The notes under the pieces were generated by a model. That model searched no databases. It was not told the origin of the DNA and worked only from the letters and a program-made list of their open reading frames with translations. Of a stretch of 64,000 nucleotides of DNA, positions 48,190 through 58,400 are shown one piece after another. Within the stretch, counting starts at the first letter, position 1; each line of letters begins with the position of its first letter. The stretch is from a candidate division FCPU426 bacterium. GTDB lineage: Bacteria; Oederibacteriota; JAAXVQ01; JAUVAV01. The position numbers and the translations under genes are program-made. Location: NCBI GenBank assembly GCA_040756875.1, contig JBFLYH010000002.1, positions 1-64,000 of the forward strand, written 5' to 3'.

Positions 48190-49735
48190 GGTATTCCAAT
48201 CGGACCGGGTATCCGAACAGATCGGTAAACAACCGTGCCTTGCGCTTTAGCGACCAGACTTCGAGGGGTCTGATCCGCCGCCCTTCCAGGCTCAGCACCA
48301 GCGCGTTTTTTTCGATTCGGGCGGCTGCGGCGCGCACATTTTGCGTGTGGTCGCGGTCCAGCGCGTCTGCCAGGCGCAGCAACGAGGCGAGCACCGCAAC
48401 CCGCCGCTGGTCGTCCGAAGAAAGCCGGGCGAAATGCTCGTGCCGCAGTTGGGGATGACTCTTGCGGTGGTAGCGGGCCACATTGGCGATCATCAGCATG
48501 TCGCTCTCGGTGCACCCGGGCAGTTCGGACTGCAGCACCAGGTACAGGGAGTGCTTGTGGTGCTTTTTTAAGCTGACAAAGCCGCCCACATCGTGCAGCA
48601 GGCTCGCGGCCATCAGCAGCCGCCCGTCGTCGCGCCGCAACTGGTGCAGGCTGCGCAATTGTTCGAAGATCGACATGGCCAGACGCGTCACCTGCCGGCA
48701 ATGGGCTTCGTCAATGCGGTAATGCCGGCCCAAGGCCAGGGCCGCACGAAACAATTCCTGCTCCCGCTCCTGGTCGTGCCGCTCGTCCGGAAACAGACGG
48801 GCAACGACGTCCAGCAGCAAGCCTTCCTTGGTGCCCCAGTCGCTGACTAAAATCTGGCGTTTGCCGCCCAGCCGGCCGATGCGGTCGTGGACCAATGCGG
48901 CCGGCAGAATCACATCCGCCCGGTCGGGCCGAAGTCCCAGCGTGCGGATGCGTTGTTCAACCGTGAGCCGGGCCAGGCGCCGGGTGATGGCCCCGAGCGC
49001 GTTCAGCCTCAGCACGCGCATGCCTGGGCGCAGCTGGGGTGCGCCGGCCAGCCGGGCCAAGACTTCGCTGTTGCCTCCGGTGGCCACAATGCCGGCCAGC
49101 GGCCGGGAGGCTTTGGTCAGCGCGGTGCGCAGGGGCTTGAGGTAATCCTTCACCAGGCGCTGCAGGTTTTGCGGCGGCTGGTGCGGCGCGCCAAGCTCGG
49201 CCAGTAGGCGCACCGTGCCCAGGGTGTGCGATTCGCTCCAGTGAATTCTGTCTTGGTCCGCCAGGCACAGTTCCAGGCTGCCGCCGCCTAAATTCATGAC
49301 CAGCCAGGGTTTGCTGCCCAGGGGCTGCAGCTGCCTGACGGCTCGCACCACCAACCGGGCTTCTTCCGAACCTGAAACCACGTCCACAGCCAGCTTCAGC
49401 CGCTCCTCGGCCAGACGCAGAAAATCGCGCCGGTTTTTGCTTTCGCGCACCGCGCTGGTGGCGATGGCGCGGTAATGGGTGATTTGCAGCGCTTGCAATC
49501 GGCGGCGGAAAAAAGCCAGGGCCCGAAGCGACGCAGCCAGGGCTTTGGGGTCCAGCCGCCCGTCCCGGAACACACTGGCACCTAGGCGCACTGGAACCCG
49601 CTTGCTTTCGAGCACCTGAAAGCGGGTCGGCGACGAGAATTCGGCGGCAATAAAACGCATGGCATTGGAACCGATGTCAATCCCCGCGGCGCGCAGCGGA
49701 AACCAGGGATGCAGCGGCGCAGACAGGGCAGTCAT
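48167..49735 (-). CDS. ppx: Ppx/GppA exopolyphosphatase with a C-terminal HD domain
   Basis: IDIGSNA, ATSAVRES, GSEEA, GGGSLE, RADVI, LLHDVG, HHKHS, RLADALD. Confidence 0.9.
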   Translation of the reverse strand: MTALSAPLHPWFPLRAAGIDIGSNAMRFIAAEFSSPTRFQVLESKRVPVRLGASVFRDGRLDPKALAASLRALAFFRRRLQALQITHYRAIATSAVRESKNRRDFLRLAEERLKLAVDVVSGSEEARLVVRAVRQLQPLGSKPWLVMNLGGGSLELCLADQDRIHWSESHTLGTVRLLAELGAPHQPPQNLQRLVKDYLKPLRTALTKASRPLAGIVATGGNSEVLARLAGAPQLRPGMRVLRLNALGAITRRLARLTVEQRIRTLGLRPDRADVILPAALVHDRIGRLGGKRQILVSDWGTKEGLLLDVVARLFPDERHDQEREQELFRAALALGRHYRIDEAHCRQVTRLAMSIFEQLRSLHQLRRDDGRLLMAASLLHDVGGFVSLKKHHKHSLYLVLQSELPGCTESDMLMIANVARYHRKSHPQLRHEHFARLSSDDQRRVAVLASLLRLADALDRDHTQNVRAAAARIEKNALVLSLEGRRIRPLEVWSLKRKARLFTDLFGYPVRLEYLGRPIHG

Positions 49736-49820
49736 GGGACGATTCCTGGGTTCACGTCATTCAAAGAGGTCATGGGGGTGGAGTCTAGACCAGAAAGGTT
49801 GCCGCCTGATGCGGAAATGA

Positions 49821-52295
49821 TTAAGAATGTGTGAGCCGTCCGCCGGCCGCCCCCGCCAGTTCCGATTCACGCTCCAGCTGCGAACGCACGGCAGCGGCTG
49901 TTGGCGTCGGCTCCGCTCCAGCGCCGAACGCGCCGCCCAGCAAACCGCCCAGGACATCTTCAGGGCAATAACGGTCTAAAACTTCCCGGCGGGCGCGCTG
50001 CCTCATTCGCAGGTACCGTTCCGGCTGCAGTTTGCGCCAGGCCAGCACCTCCAGAAGCGCCTGCTCCCAGGCGGCTGTTTGTCCGGCCGGGACCACCAGC
50101 CCGGTTTCCTGATGCCGGACGATTTCCTGCGGCCCGCCCTGGTTCGAGACCACGGCCGGCAACCCGCAGGCTTGGGCTTCCAGCACAACCATACCGAAGG
50201 TATCGGTCGTGCTGGGAAAAACCAGAACATCGGCCGCGCTGTAGGTCCAGGGTAATTCTTCCCGCGGCTGTCTTCCGAGAAACCGCACACCCGGCCACGA
50301 AGCGGTTTTGGCCTGCATTTCTTCTTTATACGGCCCATCGCCGACAATGAGCAGGTTGAGGCGCTGGTCCTGCCCCATCAGGCGGCGGTAGAGCCCCAGC
50401 ATAAAATCCATATTTTTATCCTGCGACAATCGTCCCACATATAAAAGCAGCGGCGCCTCAGGGAACGTCAGGCGGGACTTCAGGCGCTGACGGGCATCGG
50501 GCCGGGGGCTGAACAACCCGGTGTCCAAGCCTTTGCGGTAATGAACCAGCTTGCTGGCGTCGTATCCCCGGTCCCGCAAAATGCGCAGGTAGTTCTGCGA
50601 GGACACTTTAATCTGCCCGCACGCCTGGTAAAACCAGCGGATATAATTTTCCACGAACCGGCCGAGGTCTTCGTCCAGGCTGAGGGAATGGATTTGGGCG
50701 GAGAAATCGGTGTGATAGACGCCAATGCAGGGTATGTTCAGAAGGCGGCCGGCCAGCAACCCCACCAAACCGACCGGCCCGGGTGTCGAGACGATGATCT
50801 CTTCCGGATCGGCCCGGTAAATCAAGTCAATCGCCTTCAGCAGCGACGGTATCCGCAAACTGACTTTTTCGTAGTACGGCAGCTTCATTTCGCGGATGTA
50901 CGGAAGCGCCAGCACGATGGGCGGCAGCTGGCCGGATTGTTCCTGCCGCGTGTCCACGGCCGCCGCGATCTGGAGCGGCAGCCGCTGCTGGTGCGCCAGC
51001 CAGGCCGTCTGCTTGATGGTCTCGGCCACGCCGTTGAGATCGCTGTGTGTGTCGGTGAACCACAGAATCCGTTTGGGGGCTTTTGGCGCGTTTGGAAACA
51101 AGGATTGCTTCAGCTCACCGATCAGCGGACGGCCTTGAAACATGTGCCCGACGCTGGTAAAAAACGGAGCCGATAAAAATAAGCCGGGGATCAGCGAGGA
51201 CAGATCCTTGATCAGTTCGATGGCGTCCAGGTGGCGCAGGCTTTTTTCCAGCGATTCGAACAAGGTTCGAAAAAAGGCATCGGCCAGTTCGGCCAGTTGC
51301 TCGTACACCACCCGGAGCTTATCCTCGATATCCCGGTGCGCGTCGCGCCGGATCCGTTCCACCAGGTCCAGCAGGGCTTTTTGGATTTTGTCCTGCCGGG
51401 CTCCGTTTTTCCAAGCCTTCAGCCGCAATCGGTCCGCCAGAGGCATTTGTCGGCTGTGAAACAGCAGCTCGTTCAATTGATGGACGAGCGAGCGGGACAG
51501 TCCCGTGGATTTTTCCCTCGAAAAATCGTAGGCGATTTTATAGATGGCGAAAGTGAACCCCTGATAATTGTTGTGCCGGCCGCCCGGAACCGTCAGCTTG
51601 TTCTTGAGTTGCTGTAAAAACTCCTCGGGTGTCGACGCGCCGGCTTGCGTATAGGTCCGTCCCACAAACAAACCCGCGTGGTCGTCGCTGCCCCCGATGA
51701 TACCCTTGACCCAGGGGTCCCGGCTGGTGGGCTCGATGCCGTGCCGACGGGCCAGGTCCTCGGTCTGCCGGGGGGTGATCTGGCGGAGTATGTCCATCCA
51801 CCCCAGGTTGCTCATTTTATCGCGGCTGCCGTTGATGCCCTCAAAAACGTCAAACAGCAGAAGCAATTTCTCCAGGTGTTCGCGCCGCAGGCGGTCGTTT
51901 ACGGAATAGGTTGCATGCGCCACCGCGTGGGCCAGGTCGCGCGCCTTGAGATAATCGCGGAGCTCATAGATGCTGCCGCGCCGCCGCTCGATCTCGGCGA
52001 AATCCTTTTCGTCCAACCCGTATATCAGCACGTGGACTTTGCAGCCGTCTTCCGGGAAATAGGCCGTAGCCTCCATGCCCGTAAAGACTTCACCGGGATA
52101 TTTCGCCTGCAGCCGCATAACGCCGTCAATGCGGTTGTGATCCGTGAGCGTGACAAAACGCATGCCATTGGCCTTGGCCAGGCGAAAAACCTCTTCGGGC
52201 TCGGAGTACGATTCGTTGGCTCCGAGCTTTTTCAAGAACCATTCCGACGCATGCCGGGAATATTTAGAGTGCACATGTAAATCCGCTCGGGCCAT
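49821..52295 (-). CDS. PHP-domain / GT4 glycosyltransferase fusion
   Basis: DLHVHS, TDHN, AHA, GGSDDH (PHP); NGVA, YHTDF, VGRLSQDKN, DTFGMVVLEAQACGLP (GT-B/GT4). Confidence 0.9.
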   Translation of the reverse strand: MARADLHVHSKYSRHASEWFLKKLGANESYSEPEEVFRLAKANGMRFVTLTDHNRIDGVMRLQAKYPGEVFTGMEATAYFPEDGCKVHVLIYGLDEKDFAEIERRRGSIYELRDYLKARDLAHAVAHATYSVNDRLRREHLEKLLLLFDVFEGINGSRDKMSNLGWMDILRQITPRQTEDLARRHGIEPTSRDPWVKGIIGGSDDHAGLFVGRTYTQAGASTPEEFLQQLKNKLTVPGGRHNNYQGFTFAIYKIAYDFSREKSTGLSRSLVHQLNELLFHSRQMPLADRLRLKAWKNGARQDKIQKALLDLVERIRRDAHRDIEDKLRVVYEQLAELADAFFRTLFESLEKSLRHLDAIELIKDLSSLIPGLFLSAPFFTSVGHMFQGRPLIGELKQSLFPNAPKAPKRILWFTDTHSDLNGVAETIKQTAWLAHQQRLPLQIAAAVDTRQEQSGQLPPIVLALPYIREMKLPYYEKVSLRIPSLLKAIDLIYRADPEEIIVSTPGPVGLVGLLAGRLLNIPCIGVYHTDFSAQIHSLSLDEDLGRFVENYIRWFYQACGQIKVSSQNYLRILRDRGYDASKLVHYRKGLDTGLFSPRPDARQRLKSRLTFPEAPLLLYVGRLSQDKNMDFMLGLYRRLMGQDQRLNLLIVGDGPYKEEMQAKTASWPGVRFLGRQPREELPWTYSAADVLVFPSTTDTFGMVVLEAQACGLPAVVSNQGGPQEIVRHQETGLVVPAGQTAAWEQALLEVLAWRKLQPERYLRMRQRARREVLDRYCPEDVLGGLLGGAFGAGAEPTPTAAAVRSQLERESELAGAAGGRLTHS

Positions 52296-52438
52296 GGAAC
52301 CCTCCTCGGGCATCTTTTGCATGCCGCAACCGGCCCAGCATATACCAGGTTCAGCCGCCGCGGGTTATGGCGAGGATAATTCCGGGTTAGATTATGGTTT
52401 GGAAGTTATGTCCGGCAGCGGCCGGGCTGCCGGCGGAT

Positions 52439-55400
52439 TTAAGCGGCTTGGCCGGCCAGGCGGAAATACCGGCGCCGCAGAGGTTCCAAAGGGTTGAGAT
52501 CAAGCTGTATTGGCAGGGCCCGGACCCGGTCAAGCAACGCTCCCAGCAAGCCGGACTGCCCGGGTTTGAGCAGCAGTTCCGGCACCAAAAGAGCTAACCC
52601 GGTGCTTTCGGCAATCTCGGGTTCCCACTTTCCGATCGGTGTGCCGCGAAGCAACGGCATTTGTTCGACCAGGCGGCTGAAGGTGCGCAAGGCTTCCTCC
52701 TGCTCCCTGGGTTGTTTCAGGTTCGTAACCACCCTGACCAAGCTGCGAACCAGGGTTTGAAGCTGGATTTCATTCTGCTGAAGGGTGAAACGCAGGTACG
52801 CCTGGCCGAGGGGGCTGTCGGGTTTTTGCAGGAGTGCGGCCAGCGGGGAATGGTCGCCGCGTAAAACAGCGGCCAGGTAGGCTTCCGGAGATCGCGCCAG
52901 CCACATCTGGTCCAACGCCCACTGCCAGGACTTCGGCCAGCGCCGGCTGAGGCGGAATACGGCGGCGGAAAACAGCCAGCGGCCGCCTGCGGGCGCGCCG
53001 ACCCGCTCCGGTTTCCCCCCCTGATACGGCCTGCTCTGCGTTTCCTCGGGCACGCGCCCAATGGCCAGGTCTTCGGCGGCCACCTGCCTTGCGCTGCTGA
53101 CTTCCAGAACCTGGCGCACAGGCAGGAGCACGCCCGATTTTTCATGCCACTCCAGCCGGCCGGTGGCCACGCCCAGACAGATCCTGCCCAAGTCGCTGGC
53201 TAGGGGCAGGGTGTGCACGGCTTCGTCCTGCATCAGAAATCCGCTCTGCAACCACAGCGACTGGCCGAGTGCGGCATCCAAACGCGCCAAGCTGCCGGGA
53301 GCCGCGGTTTCGGCGCCGGCCAACGCCCGCTCGATTTCCTGCCAGCGTTTACACAGCGCCCGCACCGGCCGCGTGGCACGCAGTGCGCTCAGTGCCTGCA
53401 GGCGCGCCTGGGACTGCATCCGCAGGCGGCGGATGGTTTCCGGCATCGCATACACGTACACTTCGCGCACAAACTCTTCTTCGGTTCGGGTCACCTGCGC
53501 CCGCACGGCCGGCGCCTGGGCCTGGATCAGGGCGGCCATGAGATCGCGGCGCACCCAGCCTTGCTCGGTTTGCGGCAGCTGGTCGGCTTCTCGAATGGCG
53601 GTGGCCACCAAGGCCGTGCGGACGTCCCACGGCTCGTCCGCATTCCCCAGTACGCCGGCCAGCGTGGTGAAGTTCGGCTCGGCGCCCGCCTCCACCTGCC
53701 GCGCCAACGCTTCCACCCAGGCATCGCTTCCCTGCCCGGCGGACGTTGGCCCGGCCAGGAGGACCCTGCTTTCGGATTCCAATTGATCTACGAGTCGCAG
53801 CAGGTCGAAAACGCTCAGGCACACCCGCTTGCCGGCCGCGCGCCAAGCCAGGGAGGCCGGTTCTCCGGCGTGCAGGTCGACCAGCAGGCGGGTCCGCGGC
53901 ACACCGGCTTGGGCCCAGGTCCAGTCCCCGGGTTCAAGCCTGGGCCACTCGCGGTCCTGCTGGTAATAATCGTGAGCATGATACTCCAGAATAAGCCCGA
54001 GCAAAAAACGTTTGGCCATAAACGCCAGCCTTCGCCAGCGACGATTGAGGCTGTCATCGTCGGCAGGCATGCCATTCAGCAGACTGCGCAGTAGCGCAGC
54101 GGGCACATACAGCGTGGGACGGCCGTTTTCACCCTGCTCGCGGTAGCGCCCAAAAAACGCCGGCAATCTGCGGCCTTCGGATTCGAGCGCCCGCACCTGG
54201 ATGGATTGCAGGCGCAGGCCTGTGTGCCGGGCGAACAAGCGCAAAGCCATCGGATCAGGCAGCTGATACTGTCTGAGAAGATCGGCCACTTCGGGCCGCC
54301 GTTCCGGCAGTTCTTCACCGTCGAAGCGCGGAACCGGGCGGCTGGCGATCCAGAGCCAGACGGCGCCCCGCCACAAGCGCAGGGGCAGCTGGAAGAAAAA
54401 GCCGGCCAGTTGCCAGGGTTGCTTCAGTCTGGCGGGCGCTTGGGCCTCGGGCAGGCGGTCGAACAACGTGGCGAGCATGAACCAGCGCCAGGCTCGCGCC
54501 AGCCGGCTGCGGGAGGGTGCAACCGGCTGGTTGGCGCCGGGGTCGTCCTGCGCTGCGTGCGCCTGCCAGGCCTGCAAGGCTTGGGCTTCAGCCTGCGCCT
54601 CCCGGGTATTGGCCGGGGGACGTTGGGCTGCGCTTTCCACAGGCGCCTGCTGTTCGGCCAAACCAGCGGCCAGCGGCCACCCGGCCGGACGGGTGGCCAG
54701 CAGGGCTTCGCGGTACAGACGCAAAGAAAGCGGCGCGCCGCCTTCCCGGCGCAACTGAATGTAAACCGCGGCCTGTTCGATCCGTTCGGCCGGATGCCGC
54801 ATGATCAGGGGATGCGCCTCCAAACCATAGCGCCGCAATATGCGAACCTTGGCGCGCGGGCTGTTGTCCGTCTGCAGCCTGGTTTTTTCCACCCCTGACC
54901 GGCCCTGCCAGGGCAGGGTCAGAAGCATGAACGTCACCTCCCACAGCCAGGCCATTCCGGCCCATGGCTGCCGCGGCTGCCAGGCTTCCAGCGGCGTGGC
55001 CGGCGGCCGGAAAAACAGCGGACGCACGGGAAACCACACACGCTGCCAGCGGGTCCGCGGCTGGACAATGCGCGGGCCTGCCTGGCCGGCGTGATAGCTT
55101 TCAATAATGTCTTCGACCTCTTCTTCCTCGGTCGCCGGCATGAGGCCGGTTTCAGCAGGCACCTGCCGGGTCAGGTTCAGGGCTTCGCGGTAGAGTTTGA
55201 CGGTTTCAAGCTCGCCCATCTTAACGCGCTGGTAAATATACTTGGCCGCGGTTTCGAGCTTGGCGCGGCTGGTGCGGAACAGAAAGGGATGGGGGATCAG
55301 CCCGTACTTCAGCAGCACCACGACTTTTTCGTTGACCTGGTCCCAGCGTCCGTTGAATTCGCGCACATAAGTTCCTGGGCGGATGGGAAAACGGACGCCG

Positions 55401-58400
55401 TAACGGCGTTCCAATACCTGCCGCAGGTATTCCGCCCGTTTTCCGGGATCCTGGGCCGCGCTGTGCAGTTCGAATTCCAGCGCCACGTCAGCCTCGCGCC
55501 GGTTGCCGGCCTCCAGTATCCGCTTGCCGATGAGGGCCAGGGTTTGGGGATCGGCCGCCGTGACTTCAGCCACCAGGTGTTGCACGCGTTCAAGCGGCAG
55601 ACCGGCCTGAATCAGCGCCTCGCGAAAGATCATAGCAGCCACGGTGCGGTTGCTGAGCAGGTTGAACATGCGGCGGCGGAAATAGATCTCCTGGTCCAGG
55701 GAAAACACCCCTCCCTCGAGCAGGCTGGACATCCAGGTGGGTTGGCTTTTCTTGGGAACCAGAATGACGCGGCTGGCTTGGCAGACTTTGCGCAGCCGCT
55801 CCCAATCCACGACTTCGTCCGGTTTAAGATAATGATCGAGGTTTTTAATGTACCGGTTGAGAGTTTCCTGCAGGACGTGCAGCCGGTCAGGCGCCGCCTC
55901 GGACACCTGGCTGACTTTATCCTGGTCTTTCAGCACGCTGGAAAAGCCGAGCAGCGAATACATGAAGCTGACGAAAATGACCAGCTCCTGCAGGTGCGAC
56001 CGTAAAAAAGACAGGGCAGCTTGCAATTCAATGACTCGGGTGGAAACGAACGCCGGCAGCAGACCCGGCCATATCGCGTGCACGCTGGACAAGGCAAAGG
56101 CCAGGGACATGGAAAACACCACCAATGCGGCGGGCAGCAGGCTGGCCAGAATAATGACCTTGACCTGCTGGCTGATTTTGGGGTTTTTCGCCATCTGCAG
56201 CCATTGTCCCAGCATAAAGGCCAGCAACACGGTTTGGCCGGCCAGCATGACCGGCAGGGGCAGCGAAAGATAGAAACTGAGTAATAGCATGCTGGACAAC
56301 ATAAATACAAACAAGATCTGGCGCAGGGGTTGGCCCCGGCCAAAGCTGTCGCGCACGCGCTGGCGGAAAGGTTTGGGGCCTTGGGTGCGGGCGGGCCGCT
56401 TGTTCAGCTGCAGTTCCTTGCGTTTAATGCGATGGAGCCATTCGAGTAAATGCAAAAAGAACTGGGCAAACGAAAGCACACCCACGACTTTTTTCAACAT
56501 GCGCAGAGAAATGGTGGTGCTGTTGCTGGCCAGCACGCTGCTGCCGAAGAAGAGCACGAAGAAAAAACTGGTGGGAAATTTACACACCTCAATCAGCACG
56601 ACCGCGCACACGATGCGCAGGGCCTTGGAAACGACGCCATCCAGCCATTCGGTCTTGTTTTTCAGTTTCAACAAACGCAGGCCGATGATCACCAGAAAGC
56701 CTCCGGCCAGGGCAAAGAGCATGACCGCGTTGAAGTTGACCGTGTAGCCCAGCACGGTGCTGTAGTCAAGCAGGCGCGCCAGGATCATCAGCGCGACAGC
56801 CAGCATGGCGGCCAGCGGGGTTTGCTGTTTGGTCAGGCGGTACTCCTTGAGATTCTTCACCAGGGCCGATTTTTGCGCTTTCCATTCCTCCCGCAAGCCG
56901 CCGACCACCTCGTACCACGACAGCAACCGGCGCTGGCGGAGCAGCGCGGTGGCGTAGTTGGAGACAAACGTGAACAGGCCCAGGGCCAGCAGTACGCCGG
57001 CCAAGGCGCCCAGGGTCCAAGCCCAGGTCGGCGGCGCGGGTGACAGGTGCAGCAGGATAGGAACCAGACCCACAGCGAGTTTGATGTCCCCCAACAGTTC
57101 GCCGTAGATGGGCCAGAGCGTAAACCGGCTCTGTCTGCGCTTGGCGATCTGGTCCCGCAGAAACTTCAAGGACGGTTCCTCGGGCGCCGGGCCGGCCCGG
57201 ATCGGCGCAGGCCGCCCATTTAAATAGGAAGCAATCAGCAGCAGGCCGGCCAAGCCGGCGCTGGTGCCCCAGGAAACCAGCGGCGAAATACCCAGACTGA
57301 GCGGCAAAGCGGGCTGGAGCACGCCCACGGCTATCACCGCGCCCGCGGCAACCAGGAACACGGCGCCGCGCAGCGGGCTGACCCGGCTGGTCAGTGTGGA
57401 CCAGTTGCCGCTTGCCGCGGCTGCAGCTTTGCCGGCAACAGTGCTTCCCCACAGATAGAGCCGGATTTGGCGATCATGGACCTGCGCCTGCCAGCGGGTC
57501 CAGGCCTGACCCATGCGTTCAGCCAGACGGAAGCGCTTTCCGGTTTCGGTCCCACGCTGGCGCCACCAAGACCAGGCGAGCCATGCGGCCACAGCTGCCA
57601 GCAGCACCCAAATGCCAATGCCGGCAGCTGGCTGAAGCGCGGGATCGGAAAACCAGGTTTGCCAACCCTCGGTCATTGCCCCTGGCTGGGCGGCAGCTGC
57701 TGCGCCTGGGTCCACTGTCGGCGCAAGGATCGAAGGATCTGGCGTTTGGGGCGCTACCGGCTCTGCTGCCGTTTGCGCAATTGGTTCCGGCGCTATTTCC
57801 ACCAGCTGCCCGTGAATCGGCGTTGTCCCGGTTTGCTGGGGATCGAAATCCACCTTCAGCGTAGTGCCGTAGGCGCTGGGTTCCCCAGCCGGGTTGAACG
57901 AGTGATAGCGGATTTTATTCGGATCCGCCAGTTGGTTGGCCGCCGCAAGTTTGGCAACACCTTCGGGCGCCGGCAAGTTGGGATAAAGGTGTTTGGCCAG
58001 CGCCCACAGGGTGTCGCCCTTGCCTACGTAATACAGCCCTTCGGCGGCGTGTGCAATGCCCTGCAAAGCCAGCGATCCCAGCGACCCGGCCAGCAGAACG
58101 GGCAGAACCCGCAATACGATTCGAACGCCCCGGCGCAGCCAGCGGCGCCACGCCGGATGGTTAGCCGCCGCTTCCGCGGCCGGCGCCGGACCCCGCCGGA
58201 GTCTGGAAGCCAGTCCGTCAAGCGCGCCCAAGGAGATAAAATACGCGTGCAGACTGATATCGCGCGCCTTGGACCGCACAAGGTCCGCGCGTTTGGCCGC
58301 GCCCTGCCACAGCGGCAGGAGGGGCAGCCGGTTAAAATTGACAAAAGGGATCATGCCGGCCAGCAATGCAAAACTCGGCACTGCGCCCATGCCCACGGGG

